Shown here piece by piece: positions 27,098 through 35,560 of a stretch of DNA of 40,303 nucleotides. A program made the position numbers and the translations under genes. Source of the stretch: a virus (Duplodnaviria > Caudoviricetes). Position 1 is the first letter of the stretch; each line of letters starts with the position of its first letter. The stretch covers positions 1 to 40,303 of IMG/VR virus record IMGVR_UViG_3300037470_000091; one strand, 5' to 3'. Under the pieces are notes generated by a model. That model saw only the letters and a program-made list of their open reading frames with translations. It searched no databases and had not been told where the DNA came from.

Positions 27098-27370
27098 TTA
27101 CTGGTGCGCTATACCTTCACCATCACGCCCATGCAAAAACGTCTCTGCTTCTTTTTGTGTTCTAAAAGACAATAACAATCTATGCCCACACAAAAATTCT
27201 GAAGCTGTGGTATTAGGAATATCATAATAATCTTCCCATTTATTAGGGAGGATTAAAAACGCTAAAAGGAATGGATGCACCCCATACCACCATGGATAGA
27301 TCACTTTGAATTGAGGAATAAATTTCCCATTGCGTTCGATTGTTCGATAGCGATAATGCTTGTCGCTCAC
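27098..27370 (-). CDS. Hypothetical protein, AT-rich
   Basis: GTG start MSDKHYRYRTIERNGKFIPQFK..W..FRTQKEAETFL. Confidence 0.55.
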   Translation of the reverse strand: MSDKHYRYRTIERNGKFIPQFKVIYPWWYGVHPFLLAFLILPNKWEDYYDIPNTTASEFLCGHRLLLSFRTQKEAETFLHGRDGEGIAHQ

Positions 27371-27372
27371 GG

Positions 27373-27615
27373 CTAGCAGACCTCGCGCGCCGCGACCAGC
27401 ATGCACAGGAGCGCCGTGGGTAGCACTTCGGATTCGTTCTGCTGATGCCATTCCGTCATGGCGCGGAGCACGTCCTGCGCTTGGAAAGCTTCGGCGACGG
27501 TGCCCTTCTCATCACCGAGCGGCACATCGCGCATCTTGGTGATTTCTTCAATATCTTTCATTGCGGCGTCTCGCAGCGCCGCAGCGTTCAGCGCGGATTC
27601 GAGGAGGCTATCCAT
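27373..27615 (-). CDS. Hypothetical protein
   Basis: MDSLLESALNAAALRDAAMKDIEE..; lies in the co-oriented gene chain. Confidence 0.55.
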   Translation of the reverse strand: MDSLLESALNAAALRDAAMKDIEEITKMRDVPLGDEKGTVAEAFQAQDVLRAMTEWHQQNESEVLPTALLCMLVAAREVC

Positions 27616-27726
27616 TGGAAGCATCCTTCGGCTTACGCTGCGGCGGCAGCTTCGCCATGCAGACGCGCCGCAGCGCGCGCCAGTTGGCGAGCGTGGGCTT
27701 GAAGTAGAAGCGGAGAAATTTGCGGA

Positions 27727-27888
27727 TCACGGATTTCCTTTCTGCCCAGCGGGTTTGACGTACCGCCGCAGCGCGTCTATAAGCGTGGTTGTGTGTATGC
27801 CAGCGATAGCCGCTGCAACCGAGATGCTCTTTCCTTCCTTGAACAAGCGAACGGCCTGCAAGGTTGAATCCTTTTGTGGTCTGCCCAT
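27727..27888 (-). CDS. Small helix-turn-helix protein, 53 aa, not in the ORF track
   Basis: MGRPQKDSTLQAVRLFKEGKSISVAAAIAGIHTTTLIDALRRYVKPAGQKGNP*; HTH pattern S-I-x-x-A-A-x-x-A-G-I-x-x-x-T-L. Confidence 0.65.
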   Translation of the reverse strand: MGRPQKDSTLQAVRLFKEGKSISVAAAIAGIHTTTLIDALRRYVKPAGQKGNP

Positions 27889-27894
27889 GTCGCT

Positions 27895-27922
27895 ACTCTA
27901 AAGCAGGATTGCCCAATGTCAA
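27895..27922 (-). promoter_or_regulatory. Sigma70-type promoter, leftward (probably a leaderless transcript)
   Basis: - strand TTGACA-N16-TAGAGT with ATG 6 nt downstream. Confidence 0.55.
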
Positions 27923-27957
27923 GGTACTCTCGCGGCTTTCGTCAATTAAAATTTCCA

Positions 27958-28446
27958 ATGACGCTAAGGCAAAAGATAGCCGCCAACGAAGCCGCCCTGC
28001 GCGCGCTCTCCACGGACGGCACGCTGCCGGAGCCGCTGCAGCGGGCGCTGGAGGCCGTGCGACCGCCGCCGCTGCGTAAGCGCGCTGCGCCGCAGCCCAC
28101 GGGCGAGCCGCTAGAGGCAGATATCCAAAAAGCGATCATGCAGGCCCTAGAGCTGCGCCCCGAGGTCATCAAGGTCGTGCGCTTCAATGCCGGAGCTGCC
28201 TACTTCTACAAGCCCGATGGCTCGCGCAGTCTCGTCCACTTCAGTTCCGAGCCAGTAGTCGATCTCTACGTCCTGATGAGCGGCGGGCGCTACGCCTGGC
28301 TTGAGGTCAAGCGCCCATCGTTCAAAGCGCCACGTGACTTGCGCGAGGAGCGCCAAGCCGCATTCCTGGCCGCTGTGCGCGAGGCCGGGGGCATAGGGCA
28401 ATTCGTGCGCAGCGTGGATGAGGCGATTGCTGCTATTGAGCGTTAG
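27958..28446 (+). CDS. VRR-NUC (PD-(D/E)xK) nuclease / resolvase
   Basis: EADIQKAIMQAL, VVDLYVL, WLEVKRP, QAAFLAAVREAGG..VRSVDEA. Confidence 0.85.
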   Translation: MTLRQKIAANEAALRALSTDGTLPEPLQRALEAVRPPPLRKRAAPQPTGEPLEADIQKAIMQALELRPEVIKVVRFNAGAAYFYKPDGSRSLVHFSSEPVVDLYVLMSGGRYAWLEVKRPSFKAPRDLREERQAAFLAAVREAGGIGQFVRSVDEAIAAIER

Positions 28447-28470
28447 TGTTCTGTACCGAGCGAAGGAGCG

Positions 28471-28476
28471 TATAAT
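28471..28476 (+). promoter_or_regulatory. -10 box upstream of the tRNA pair
   Basis: Perfect TATAAT 13 nt before tRNA-Gly; no clear -35 box. Confidence 0.4.
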
Positions 28477-28489
28477 CCGCCCACCATGA

Positions 28490-28566
28490 GCGGTCTTGGT
28501 GTTCAACGGCTAGCATTACTGCCTTCCAAGCAGAGGGTGCGGGTTCGATTCCCGCAGACTGCTCCA
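28490..28566 (+). tRNA. tRNA-Gly (TCC)
   Basis: Acceptor GCGGTCT/AGACTGC, anticodon loop CTTCCAA, T arm GCGGG-TTCGATT-CCCGC, discriminator T, encoded CCA. Confidence 0.93.
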
Positions 28567-28596
28567 TTCCGAGAGCGTATCCCGGCGTAGTTCCGC

Positions 28597-28674
28597 GTCG
28601 GGTTATCTGCTAGCGGCCTAGGCGAGCGGACCTTCACTCCGCTGACACGGGTTCGAATCCCGTACCCGACGCCA
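28597..28674 (+). tRNA. tRNA-Glu (TTC), atypical
   Basis: Acceptor GTCGGGT/ACCCGAC, anticodon arm GCGGA-CCTTCAC-TCCGC, T arm ACGGG-TTCGAAT-CCCGT, G-CCA end. Confidence 0.85.
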
Positions 28675-28705
28675 TCCTTGCTGCTATCCAGAGCACGGCG
28701 AAGAG

Positions 28706-29236
28706 TCATTGCATATCCCGTAGCACGCGGGCCAACGGATCGAAGCGGTCTGGCTCTCTGGCGATGATCTCGCCATACACGTCGATAACCGTGTCGGCAA
28801 ACCTCTCCCCGATGCGCTTCATCCCTGACTTGTCAGAGTGAGTGCAGAACAGCGCCACGTTGCCACGGATACGCCCCACGAACTCGTCAGCGGCTCCGAA
28901 CAAGTAGGACAGGTTCTTGGGCTTCTTTGCGAGCAGCACTGTGGCGAACGTCCACGACCACATGGGGTTAGCCTCGATGCAGTAAACTCGCTTTGCGTGC
29001 ATCGCTAGGTGCATCGCCAGTAGGCCAATGCCGCCCCCGATCTCCACCACCACACGCCCCTCGATTCTCGGAGCAAGGTAACTGGCAATCAGTCCAGCAG
29101 TTTCGTCGTCATACACGGTCAGCACGGCGGCAGAGTCGATTCCATGTCGCACCGAATATTCCTCTGCCAGTTCGGAACCCTCCATTGCCTCGTAGACTTG
29201 GGTAAGCATTGGCTCAATCTCGTTCCTCTCGCTCAT
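28706..29236 (-). CDS. Class I SAM-dependent methyltransferase-like protein
   Basis: VVVEIGGGIGLLA (motif I), RVYCIEANP. Confidence 0.78.
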   Translation of the reverse strand: MSERNEIEPMLTQVYEAMEGSELAEEYSVRHGIDSAAVLTVYDDETAGLIASYLAPRIEGRVVVEIGGGIGLLAMHLAMHAKRVYCIEANPMWSWTFATVLLAKKPKNLSYLFGAADEFVGRIRGNVALFCTHSDKSGMKRIGERFADTVIDVYGEIIAREPDRFDPLARVLRDMQ

Positions 29237-29433
29237 TGCTGATCTCCACTGTGGCGCTTCAAAAGGTCAATGTATCTGCGTTGCATGTTACGGCCTTGTG
29301 GCGTTTTCATCTGTGCTTTAGGGTCCATCGCCTTCGTGCAGCAGCGCAGGCACAGGCCGCTAGGCGTAGCACCGCCCTTGCGGCACTCGACGCACTTCGC
29401 GTCCATGTTGATGTTCAGAACCACGTCAGCCAT
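29233..29433 (-). CDS. Small Zn-finger-like protein
   Basis: CVEC..GLCLRC; GAGG RBS. Confidence 0.55.
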   Translation of the reverse strand: MADVVLNINMDAKCVECRKGGATPSGLCLRCCTKAMDPKAQMKTPQGRNMQRRYIDLLKRHSGDQQ

Positions 29434-29444
29434 GTTGTTCCTCT

Positions 29445-29645
29445 CTAGTCGCCGGATATGTCGGAGGGCGAGGCGACTGCATCGCGCATCTTCTCGATCA
29501 ACTCCGCGCATACAGAAGCGCCCACAGCAAAGTCCCCTTTCATCTCCACGGCCATGCGCTTGCAGATGGAAATGGCGCTGTCGAAGCCGAGCCTCTGCCC
29601 TTCATTCAATGCCCCGTGTACTAAAGTCCTGAGATCGTCTTTCAT
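29445..29645 (-). CDS. Hypothetical protein
   Basis: 66 aa; GGAG RBS; start overlaps the upstream stop. Confidence 0.55.
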   Translation of the reverse strand: MKDDLRTLVHGALNEGQRLGFDSAISICKRMAVEMKGDFAVGASVCAELIEKMRDAVASPSDISGD

Positions 29646-30037
29646 TTACTCCCCTCTGATCTAGACAGGCGCTTGGCCTGCACGGCGGCGCTGTAGCGGT
29701 AGCACTCCGAAGGGAAGCCGAACTCGGCGCACTGGCACTCCTCGCCGCAAGCCTCGGTCACTGGCGTTTCTACTAGGATGCCGAGGGCGGCAGCCCTGTC
29801 CTGAATCCAACCGCCGTCTACGTCTCCCATGTACTCGCGTGAATTGTCGATAACCTCCATTGCGAACAATTCCAGCGGAGATGGCCCCTCAGCTTCAGGC
29901 GGCGAAGCGCGGAGGGCGTCGGCCGCACGCCCCAGTAAGCCGTTGAGTGCCATGCTGGACTGAGTAGAGATGTCCATGCCCTCCAGCGGGAAGTTGTCGA
30001 TCTCGTCGGCCAGCTTGATTCTGTCTGCTTGCGTCAT
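29642..30037 (-). CDS. Hypothetical protein with Cys-rich C-terminus
   Basis: GDVDGGWIQDRAAALGIL..ACGEECQCAEFGFPSECYR; GAGGAG RBS. Confidence 0.65.
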   Translation of the reverse strand: MTQADRIKLADEIDNFPLEGMDISTQSSMALNGLLGRAADALRASPPEAEGPSPLELFAMEVIDNSREYMGDVDGGWIQDRAAALGILVETPVTEACGEECQCAEFGFPSECYRYSAAVQAKRLSRSEGSK

Positions 30038-30079
30038 CCTATTTCTCCTCTGCTGCTCTGCTAGTGGAAACTGCGGCGA

Positions 30080-30709
30080 TCACTGGAAGTCTCTGTGCTT
30101 CACTTTCGTAATAAGCCGATGGCCGCGACGGGTGAATAGCTCTGTGGCAGGGCGCATCACTAGGCCCTCGGCCCCGAACGGACCCCACCGGGAGTTGAAT
30201 CCCACCTTGGTCATCTCGATTGCGGCGGTCAGCGGCCCGCGTCCGAGGATCGGCACGATGTCCAGAACGAGTTTGCTGGATACGTCCTCGACGTTGTGGC
30301 GCTCCAAGTACACGCCGCCCACCATGACATCGAACAGCACGAAGTCGCAGCCAGCCGCCTTGTAGTTGCCGCCGCCCTTCTGAATCTTGGCCCCGTAGCC
30401 CTCACCGAACAGCATCACGTCCGTACAGTCGGGGAAGGCCGCTCTGAGCGCATCCGGGCGAAATAGGTAGTCCAGCCGCTCCACCAGGAACAGCGGCATC
30501 TGCGCGTCGGCTGTGCGACCACCAAGCGTCACCTTCTCCCCATTCCATTGAACGCGGACATTCGTGCCGTCCACCTTCTCAGTCCACAGCCATTCGTTGT
30601 TGGCGAGGTAGCCGAACTCCGGCATTGACCACTGGCCTTCAAGGAAGGTCTTGTGGCGATTCGCGGGATCGCGCAGGTAGACGGACTGAATCTTGTGGTA
30701 TTCGATCAT
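30080..30709 (-). CDS. RNA ligase, Rnl2-like nucleotidyltransferase domain
   Basis: YHKI, EKVDGTN (motif I KxDGxN), LFGEGYG (III), FVLFDV (IIIa), EGLVMRP (IV), ITKVK (V); AAGGAG RBS. Confidence 0.88.
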   Translation of the reverse strand: MIEYHKIQSVYLRDPANRHKTFLEGQWSMPEFGYLANNEWLWTEKVDGTNVRVQWNGEKVTLGGRTADAQMPLFLVERLDYLFRPDALRAAFPDCTDVMLFGEGYGAKIQKGGGNYKAAGCDFVLFDVMVGGVYLERHNVEDVSSKLVLDIVPILGRGPLTAAIEMTKVGFNSRWGPFGAEGLVMRPATELFTRRGHRLITKVKHRDFQ

Positions 30710-31458
30710 TGTTTCTCCTTGACGTTGTTGCAACTCTCCGCCGCAGCCATCGCCATCAGTTCATCAAGCCGCGTGATTAGGTACTCGCGCATTTTCTGTA
30801 CAGGGATCTCCGCGTCTCTGATGAGCCCATAGGTATCCTGATTGGTCGCCTCGCTAAACGCCAGCAGGACATCGTAGGGATTCTCGATCATCCAGCGATA
30901 GTTGCTCGCGTTGCGCTCGGTTGCGGATTGCGCCGCTTCTAGCTCTCGTCGCGCGTTCAGCAAGTCCTTCATGCGCTCGGCGGCCATCCCGTACACCGGA
31001 AAGTCATTCGGCAAAGAACCAGCGTCATTCCCTGCCAAGATTGTGCGCGTCAAGGAGATCACAAGCTGCGCCGCGTCCCTCGCCTCCTCTGCTTGGTCGG
31101 CGCGCATGTTCGCTAGGCGCTCGCGGGAGATGGCCGCCGCATGCACCGCTTCCGTGTCGAGTAAGGCGTCGGATAGACCGCTCTCTCGTTCCTTCGCCTC
31201 CGCCAACTCCCGCTCGAGCCCTTTGATATGGTCGAACGCCTCGCAGTTGACGATGTGAAGTTCTGCGTTCTCCCGCTCAAGTTTGCGGGCGAGAATGCGG
31301 TAGTCAACCTCTGCCACATCATCAGGTGTCTCGGCGGCTTTACGATCAAGCGCATCCGTCCTCGGCGTAGCCCCTTCGCGCGGCTTCTCCGAGGGCGCAT
31401 CATCAGGCTCGATATAGACGCCGCCGGGAATGTCTTGTCCGTAGGTCTCTTTGCTCAT
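30706..31458 (-). CDS. Hypothetical coiled-coil protein
   Basis: MSKETYG start with GAGGAG RBS; TPRTDA..ARKLERE..LERELAEAKE. Confidence 0.65.
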   Translation of the reverse strand: MSKETYGQDIPGGVYIEPDDAPSEKPREGATPRTDALDRKAAETPDDVAEVDYRILARKLERENAELHIVNCEAFDHIKGLERELAEAKERESGLSDALLDTEAVHAAAISRERLANMRADQAEEARDAAQLVISLTRTILAGNDAGSLPNDFPVYGMAAERMKDLLNARRELEAAQSATERNASNYRWMIENPYDVLLAFSEATNQDTYGLIRDAEIPVQKMREYLITRLDELMAMAAAESCNNVKEKQ

Positions 31459-31892
31459 TTGCTCTCCTCGTTGCCATCCGGCGAAGGTGCGGCGGCGTGA
31501 CCCGGAGGCGGCGGACATGAAGAGAGCAGCCGTCCCCACCCTTCTTCAAAACTCCAGTCTCCTGCCTCGCACTGAATCATCACCAATCGCGTATCCTCGT
31601 AAAGTTTGAGTGGCACTAGCTTCCACCCCTCCGGCACCTTCGCCGTCCCGCCTGCCGGTGTCTCCGAGAACGGCGCTGCGTAGAGAGGTTCTACGTCGAT
31701 TGCATCGCCTCCCTGCGGTTGCGCGCCGGTGTGACGCCAATCACCGTGATGTTTCCATTTCCACCGCCACGCCACCGGCTCGCTTCGCTGCGTCGCAGGC
31801 AGGGCGAGGAGGGCGTCGATGCGAGCGACGAGTTCTTCCTCTCCGAAGAACCTATTGCGGATTTCTCTCAGCAACTCCCGCTCGGGGGTCAT
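31455..31892 (-). CDS. Hypothetical phage protein (EPVAW/PLY/VPEGWKLVP modules)
   Basis: EPVAWRWK, VEPLYAAP and VPEGWKLVP are modules common in lambdoid early-region proteins. Confidence 0.65.
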   Translation of the reverse strand: MTPERELLREIRNRFFGEEELVARIDALLALPATQRSEPVAWRWKWKHHGDWRHTGAQPQGGDAIDVEPLYAAPFSETPAGGTAKVPEGWKLVPLKLYEDTRLVMIQCEAGDWSFEEGWGRLLSSCPPPPGHAAAPSPDGNEESK

Positions 31893-32095
31893 GGTTTCCA
31901 TCCCATCACTTTGTATTTGAGGAAGTCGCCGATTCTTGCTGCAATGTCGCAGTGTTGTTTGTCCCGTCCGTAGGTCGTCACATGTTCTCCGTGTTCAGTG
32001 TCGCCGCTGCCTACTTTCCTGGCGATAACGATTACCTGATCGTAGTCATACAGCTTTGCTATACGCTCGGCGGCAGAAATCGGGATAGGTTTCAC
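31889..32095 (-). CDS. Hypothetical protein
   Basis: MKPIPISAAERIAKLYDYDQVIVIARKVG..GEHVTTYG; overlapping start/stop. Confidence 0.65.
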   Translation of the reverse strand: MKPIPISAAERIAKLYDYDQVIVIARKVGSGDTEHGEHVTTYGRDKQHCDIAARIGDFLKYKVMGWKP

Positions 32096-32574
32096 GGCTT
32101 CCCCCTCAGCTTGTCGCGGGCGGCGAGGATACGTTGCATCGCCTCTAGCGCAGATTGCCCGCTTCGCAAGAGCGTGTTCGCTTGCCTACCTTCACTCTCG
32201 CAAATCTTCGCGCACTCTGCATAGGCGTCCAGCACGGCCTCGGGGACGCTTTGCGCAGGCTGCGGCGCTTCGGGCAGGGTTGCACCTAGCCCATGCTCGG
32301 CCAGCGCATGTATCTTCTGCATTACAGCTTCTGGCCTGCCTCTGCATTCCAGTTCGATGTACTTGAGGGCCTCAACATGCTCCGCCACCGCCCGAGCGTT
32401 CGCTGGTGTGGCAGATTGCAGCGAGTTTTTGGCGACCGCATTCAAATAGCATGTGATCGTCGCCTCCGCAGCGTCCTTGGCCTTATTGAAGGCCGGGAAA
32501 CCGCATTCGAGTAGTTTCCATCCGGCCTCATTCAGCGCGTTTACGTCTAGCTGCATAGCACCGTGCTCGGTCAT
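32092..32574 (-). CDS. Hypothetical protein
   Basis: 160 aa; AGGAG RBS; in the coupled gene chain. Confidence 0.6.
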   Translation of the reverse strand: MTEHGAMQLDVNALNEAGWKLLECGFPAFNKAKDAAEATITCYLNAVAKNSLQSATPANARAVAEHVEALKYIELECRGRPEAVMQKIHALAEHGLGATLPEAPQPAQSVPEAVLDAYAECAKICESEGRQANTLLRSGQSALEAMQRILAARDKLRGKP

Positions 32575-32575
32575 G

Positions 32576-33037
32576 TCAGGCTCCTTTCATATCTACGGTG
32601 GCGCTGAGCGCTAGATCCGGCATGTGAATCGTGTGCCGCACCTTGTTCTTTGGGTGGAAGCCGGTCTTTGTTTCCGGAGCGCACCAGCACCGGACGCACG
32701 GCACCCATTGGCCCGCGCTGTAGTTGAAGTCGCCCTCGATCTCTAGAACCTTCAAGCGCTTACCGGCGATGCCATCCACAACGTCACCGACCGCGACCCC
32801 GAGGTATCCCGCGAGGCTCTTGCGCAGGGCAATCTCCTCCAGCGTCAGCGCGTGGCGCTGGTCTTGAATGGAGAGCAGGCGCGCACGGTCCAGGCGCATC
32901 CGATTGAAGCCGGCGCGCTCGGCGGCTTCTTCCTCACCGTCTACGTGCGCTGCCGCAGCTGCGACTTTCCTATCCATGGTTTCCGCCGACTGAACGGGTG
33001 CCTTCGCTCGGTGCCTCATTGCGTTCATTGGGTGCAA
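32576..33037 (-). CDS. Hypothetical protein
   Basis: ~150 aa in the chain; exact start uncertain. Confidence 0.55.
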   Translation of the reverse strand: MHPMNAMRHRAKAPVQSAETMDRKVAAAAAHVDGEEEAAERAGFNRMRLDRARLLSIQDQRHALTLEEIALRKSLAGYLGVAVGDVVDGIAGKRLKVLEIEGDFNYSAGQWVPCVRCWCAPETKTGFHPKNKVRHTIHMPDLALSATVDMKGA

Positions 33038-33040
33038 CCA

Positions 33041-33244
33041 TCACGGCCTCCTGTTAGCGGCGTGCCAGCCAGCGGTGAATGCGGCTTCTAGTTTTCGCAT
33101 ACCGCTGGTGTCCTTCCACTGCCGCCACAACGGGTAAGCGGCGTCAAGGTATGCGGCGAATGCGAGATTCTTGCGCTGCCAGGGTGCGAGCCTTGCTGCA
33201 CGCGCTTTGCCGCCTGGGGTACGGCGCGAGTCGGTAGCAGACAT
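33041..33244 (-). CDS. Hypothetical basic protein
   Basis: GGKARAARL motif; TGATG coupling. Confidence 0.55.
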   Translation of the reverse strand: MSATDSRRTPGGKARAARLAPWQRKNLAFAAYLDAAYPLWRQWKDTSGMRKLEAAFTAGWHAANRRP

Positions 33245-33477
33245 CAGTTGAACCCCTGGATGTAGCGCACCACCGCATCACGGTCGCCGGCCTGGGCTTG
33301 CTGTGCAGCCATGATTCCGAGCATGCTGAGGATGCTGCCGGGCTTCTGCCGCGTTTCGTCGTGCTTCTCCAGGTCGGACATCATGGACGTGACGCCATTG
33401 AGCAGATCGCCTTGGTTGACGTACTCCATCGCTCGATCCTTGCAAAACTGCAAATGCTCTTGTCTGGTTCTCATCAT
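33244..33477 (-). CDS. Hypothetical protein
   Basis: TRQEHLQFCKDRAMEY..SMMSDLEKHDET..RYIQGFN; AGGAGG RBS. Confidence 0.65.
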   Translation of the reverse strand: MMRTRQEHLQFCKDRAMEYVNQGDLLNGVTSMMSDLEKHDETRQKPGSILSMLGIMAAQQAQAGDRDAVVRYIQGFN

Positions 33478-33501
33478 TCCTCCTGCTTCGTGGTGTAGCT
33501 G

Positions 33502-33723
33502 TTAGCAGCCACGGTCTTTGTGGACGCTGCGTGCTTCGCCAGCTTCCCAAGCGATCTTGCCGCGTGAGATGTTGGATTTTCGCGGCCATCCGTTCGCCTG
33601 CATTTCGCGGAGTAACACGCAGTTCTTGTCGTGCCATTCGGCAGGCTGCACGTATGAAAATTTGCCGTTCGTCGTCCGAACGCGGATCACGGCGGCGGGC
33701 CATTTCGTCGTGGTATTAGTCAT
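33502..33723 (-). CDS. Hypothetical protein
   Basis: 73-aa ATG ORF in the chain. Confidence 0.45.
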   Translation of the reverse strand: MTNTTTKWPAAVIRVRTTNGKFSYVQPAEWHDKNCVLLREMQANGWPRKSNISRGKIAWEAGEARSVHKDRGC

Positions 33724-33931
33724 CGAGCGAAGGCTTATCCGCGAGTCGCTTCACGTCGGCCTCCAGCTCTGCGATGTAGCAATGCGCGCATTTGCCGGTG
33801 CGGAAGAGCTGGCCGTACTGGCCGCAGGAGCAGCTTCCAAAGCTAATCTGCTCGTTCTCCACCTGTGCTTGCACGGCATCCTCGGTCAGCTGGAGGGCTG
33901 CTTTCATGTTCGGATCGTTCATGTCAATCAT
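33716..33931 (-). CDS. Hypothetical Cys-containing protein
   Basis: MIDMNDP.. with AAGGAG RBS; CSCG..CAHC. Confidence 0.55.
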   Translation of the reverse strand: MIDMNDPNMKAALQLTEDAVQAQVENEQISFGSCSCGQYGQLFRTGKCAHCYIAELEADVKRLADKPSLDD

Positions 33932-34100
33932 TGGATGTCTCCTTTTCCAGCAGGTCAGAGAGGGCGATAACCGGCGTCCTGCCGTGGCCCAGCGGATCGC
34001 CAAGATCCCAGCCTTTGCGCGAGGCTTGCCAGTCGCAATTCCGATCCGGGATGGGCGGATGGATGAATGACAGTTCGATATCGCGTATCACTTTGACCAT
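33924..34100 (-). CDS. Hypothetical protein, 58 aa, not in the ORF track
   Basis: MVKVIRDIELSFIHPPIPDRNCDWQASRKGWDLGDPLGHGRTPVIALSDLLEKETSND*; fills the gap. Confidence 0.55.
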   Translation of the reverse strand: MVKVIRDIELSFIHPPIPDRNCDWQASRKGWDLGDPLGHGRTPVIALSDLLEKETSND

Positions 34101-34128
34101 TGGTCGTTGCTCACGAAGAGAGGGGCCA

Positions 34129-34350
34129 TCAGAGCCTCCCGTACTTCTTCTTGAACAGCTTGAGGTTGCTCGCCTGCCGTTTGATGTTCTGCTCGGCCAT
34201 GACGATGGCCTTCTCCTTGCGCTGAATCATGTCGTCTATCGCTTGATCGAGCGTGTCAAAGTAGAAGTACCGTTCGTCCTTCACCAAATCTTCCGCAACA
34301 TTCTTGCTGCGAATCTGGAGGAAGTACCTGCTGGCAGCGGCTTTCATCAT
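34129..34350 (-). CDS. Hypothetical protein
   Basis: 73-aa ATG ORF in the chain. Confidence 0.55.
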   Translation of the reverse strand: MMKAAASRYFLQIRSKNVAEDLVKDERYFYFDTLDQAIDDMIQRKEKAIVMAEQNIKRQASNLKLFKKKYGRL

Positions 34351-34362
34351 GGCTGCGATTAC

Positions 34363-34678
34363 CTACCGCAGCGACTCCAGAAAACGCAGCATGGCGAGGG
34401 CTGCTTTGCGCGCAGCCACGCTATAGGCATACCCATCCACCTGACTCTCCGTAGCCTTCATGTAGGCGTTATATGGCGTGCCTTCGCAGGCCGTCAGTCC
34501 TGTCTTTGCTCGCACAGGGCATCCGATGCAACGCTTTGGGTCCGGCATATTCCGAGTGTTAAATTCCTTGCAAAGCGCACAGTTGAGATCGCCATGATCT
34601 TGGCCAGCGCCAGTGACGATCTTCTCCCATTTCTCGATGCTGCCTTGCAGGGCTTTCTTTGCTCTCGGGGTCATTTCA
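34363..34678 (-). CDS. Hypothetical Cys-rich protein
   Basis: ALQGSIEKWEKI..CALC..CIGCPV..CEGTPY; GAGGAG RBS. Confidence 0.65.
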
Positions 34679-34704
34679 TTTCTCCTCTCAGTAGCCACAG
34701 AACC

Positions 34705-34947
34705 TCATTGCAGCGTAATCTCGATTGGAAATCTTGAGGAGCGCCCTTCTTGCCAGCGCGTATAAGTGGCCCTCCCCCTCCGCACAAGAGCCTGGATAGT
34801 GGCCGTAGAAATCCACGGTGAGCGCATAGCAATAAACCGCTCGCTTCCCCAGAAACCGCCAGCGTGCCGGTAAATCTTGCAGCCCTGCCCGATGGCAAAC
34901 GCCACGGCTCGGGCCATTTCAGGGGAAAGATCATTCTTCACGGCCAT
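34705..34947 (-). CDS. Hypothetical protein
   Basis: GAGG RBS; RHAGGFW..TIQALVRRG. Confidence 0.55.
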   Translation of the reverse strand: MAVKNDLSPEMARAVAFAIGQGCKIYRHAGGFWGSERFIAMRSPWISTATIQALVRRGRATYTRWQEGRSSRFPIEITLQ

Positions 34948-34986
34948 GTCTTATTCCTCTGTATCGCTGCGGTCGCTGTCCCGCCT

Positions 34987-35208
34987 CTAACACTGGAGCC
35001 TGCGTTGTTCACGTCGAGCAGCGCACTGTGCCTTGAACTTCGCGTGACTCTTGCGGCGCTTCCGGTCCTCGTCCTTCGTTCGATGTACCTGATCGAATCC
35101 AGGCGCATACCCCATCGGATTGAAGAACGCACCGATGGCTCGCCCGAAGGACAGGATGCCGCGCAAGAACAGTTCCTTGGAGTCATACGATTTCTTGTCT
35201 TTACTCAT
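34987..35208 (-). CDS. Hypothetical basic protein
   Basis: MSKDKKSY.. ORF in the chain. Confidence 0.45.
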   Translation of the reverse strand: MSKDKKSYDSKELFLRGILSFGRAIGAFFNPMGYAPGFDQVHRTKDEDRKRRKSHAKFKAQCAARREQRRLQC

Positions 35209-35302
35209 TGCTGCAGTCCCTTCGCCGCCTTGGCAATTGCGCCGCATCCGTGGCTCGGACGCGAATCCCTGCGGTATGCAGTGGCTACGGGCGGGAGCGT
35301 TC

Positions 35303-35560
35303 CTAATAGGCGCATTTGATGATCCACTTCCCGCCGTCGGCCTGCTGAGCGATGGCGAGGCGCAGCCACGCGCCTGCTGGGCGCTTCGGGCAGAGCAGTC
35401 CGCTGCCTTCGCCCGGCGTCACCGTGGCGTAGTGGTAGATGCGCTCTTCGACCGTCATGCGTGACTTATGCGCATGCGCTAGATTCCAGCTTCCCGCCGC
35501 GAACAGCGCCAGCGCGAGCGCGGCGAAGAGAAGGGCGGCTTTGCGTGCGCCGAAAGTCAT
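35303..35560 (-). CDS. Hypothetical protein with N-terminal signal/TM segment
   Basis: ARKAALLFAALALALFAAGSWNLAHA. Confidence 0.55.
   Translation of the reverse strand: MTFGARKAALLFAALALALFAAGSWNLAHAHKSRMTVEERIYHYATVTPGEGSGLLCPKRPAGAWLRLAIAQQADGGKWIIKCAY

Noticed and set aside
28625-28641. Second tRNA read as a UCA opal-suppressor or Sec tRNA, implying recoding
   Set aside because: The stem register centres TTC in the 7-nt loop, there is no long variable arm, and TGA is used as a normal stop throughout the genome.
28490-28674. tRNAs as a prophage attachment site or host boundary
   Set aside because: Phage genes lie on both sides, no duplicated tRNA 3' end was seen, and no integrase was found.
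28503-28709. 68-aa - strand ORF
   Set aside because: It is the antisense of the two tRNA genes.
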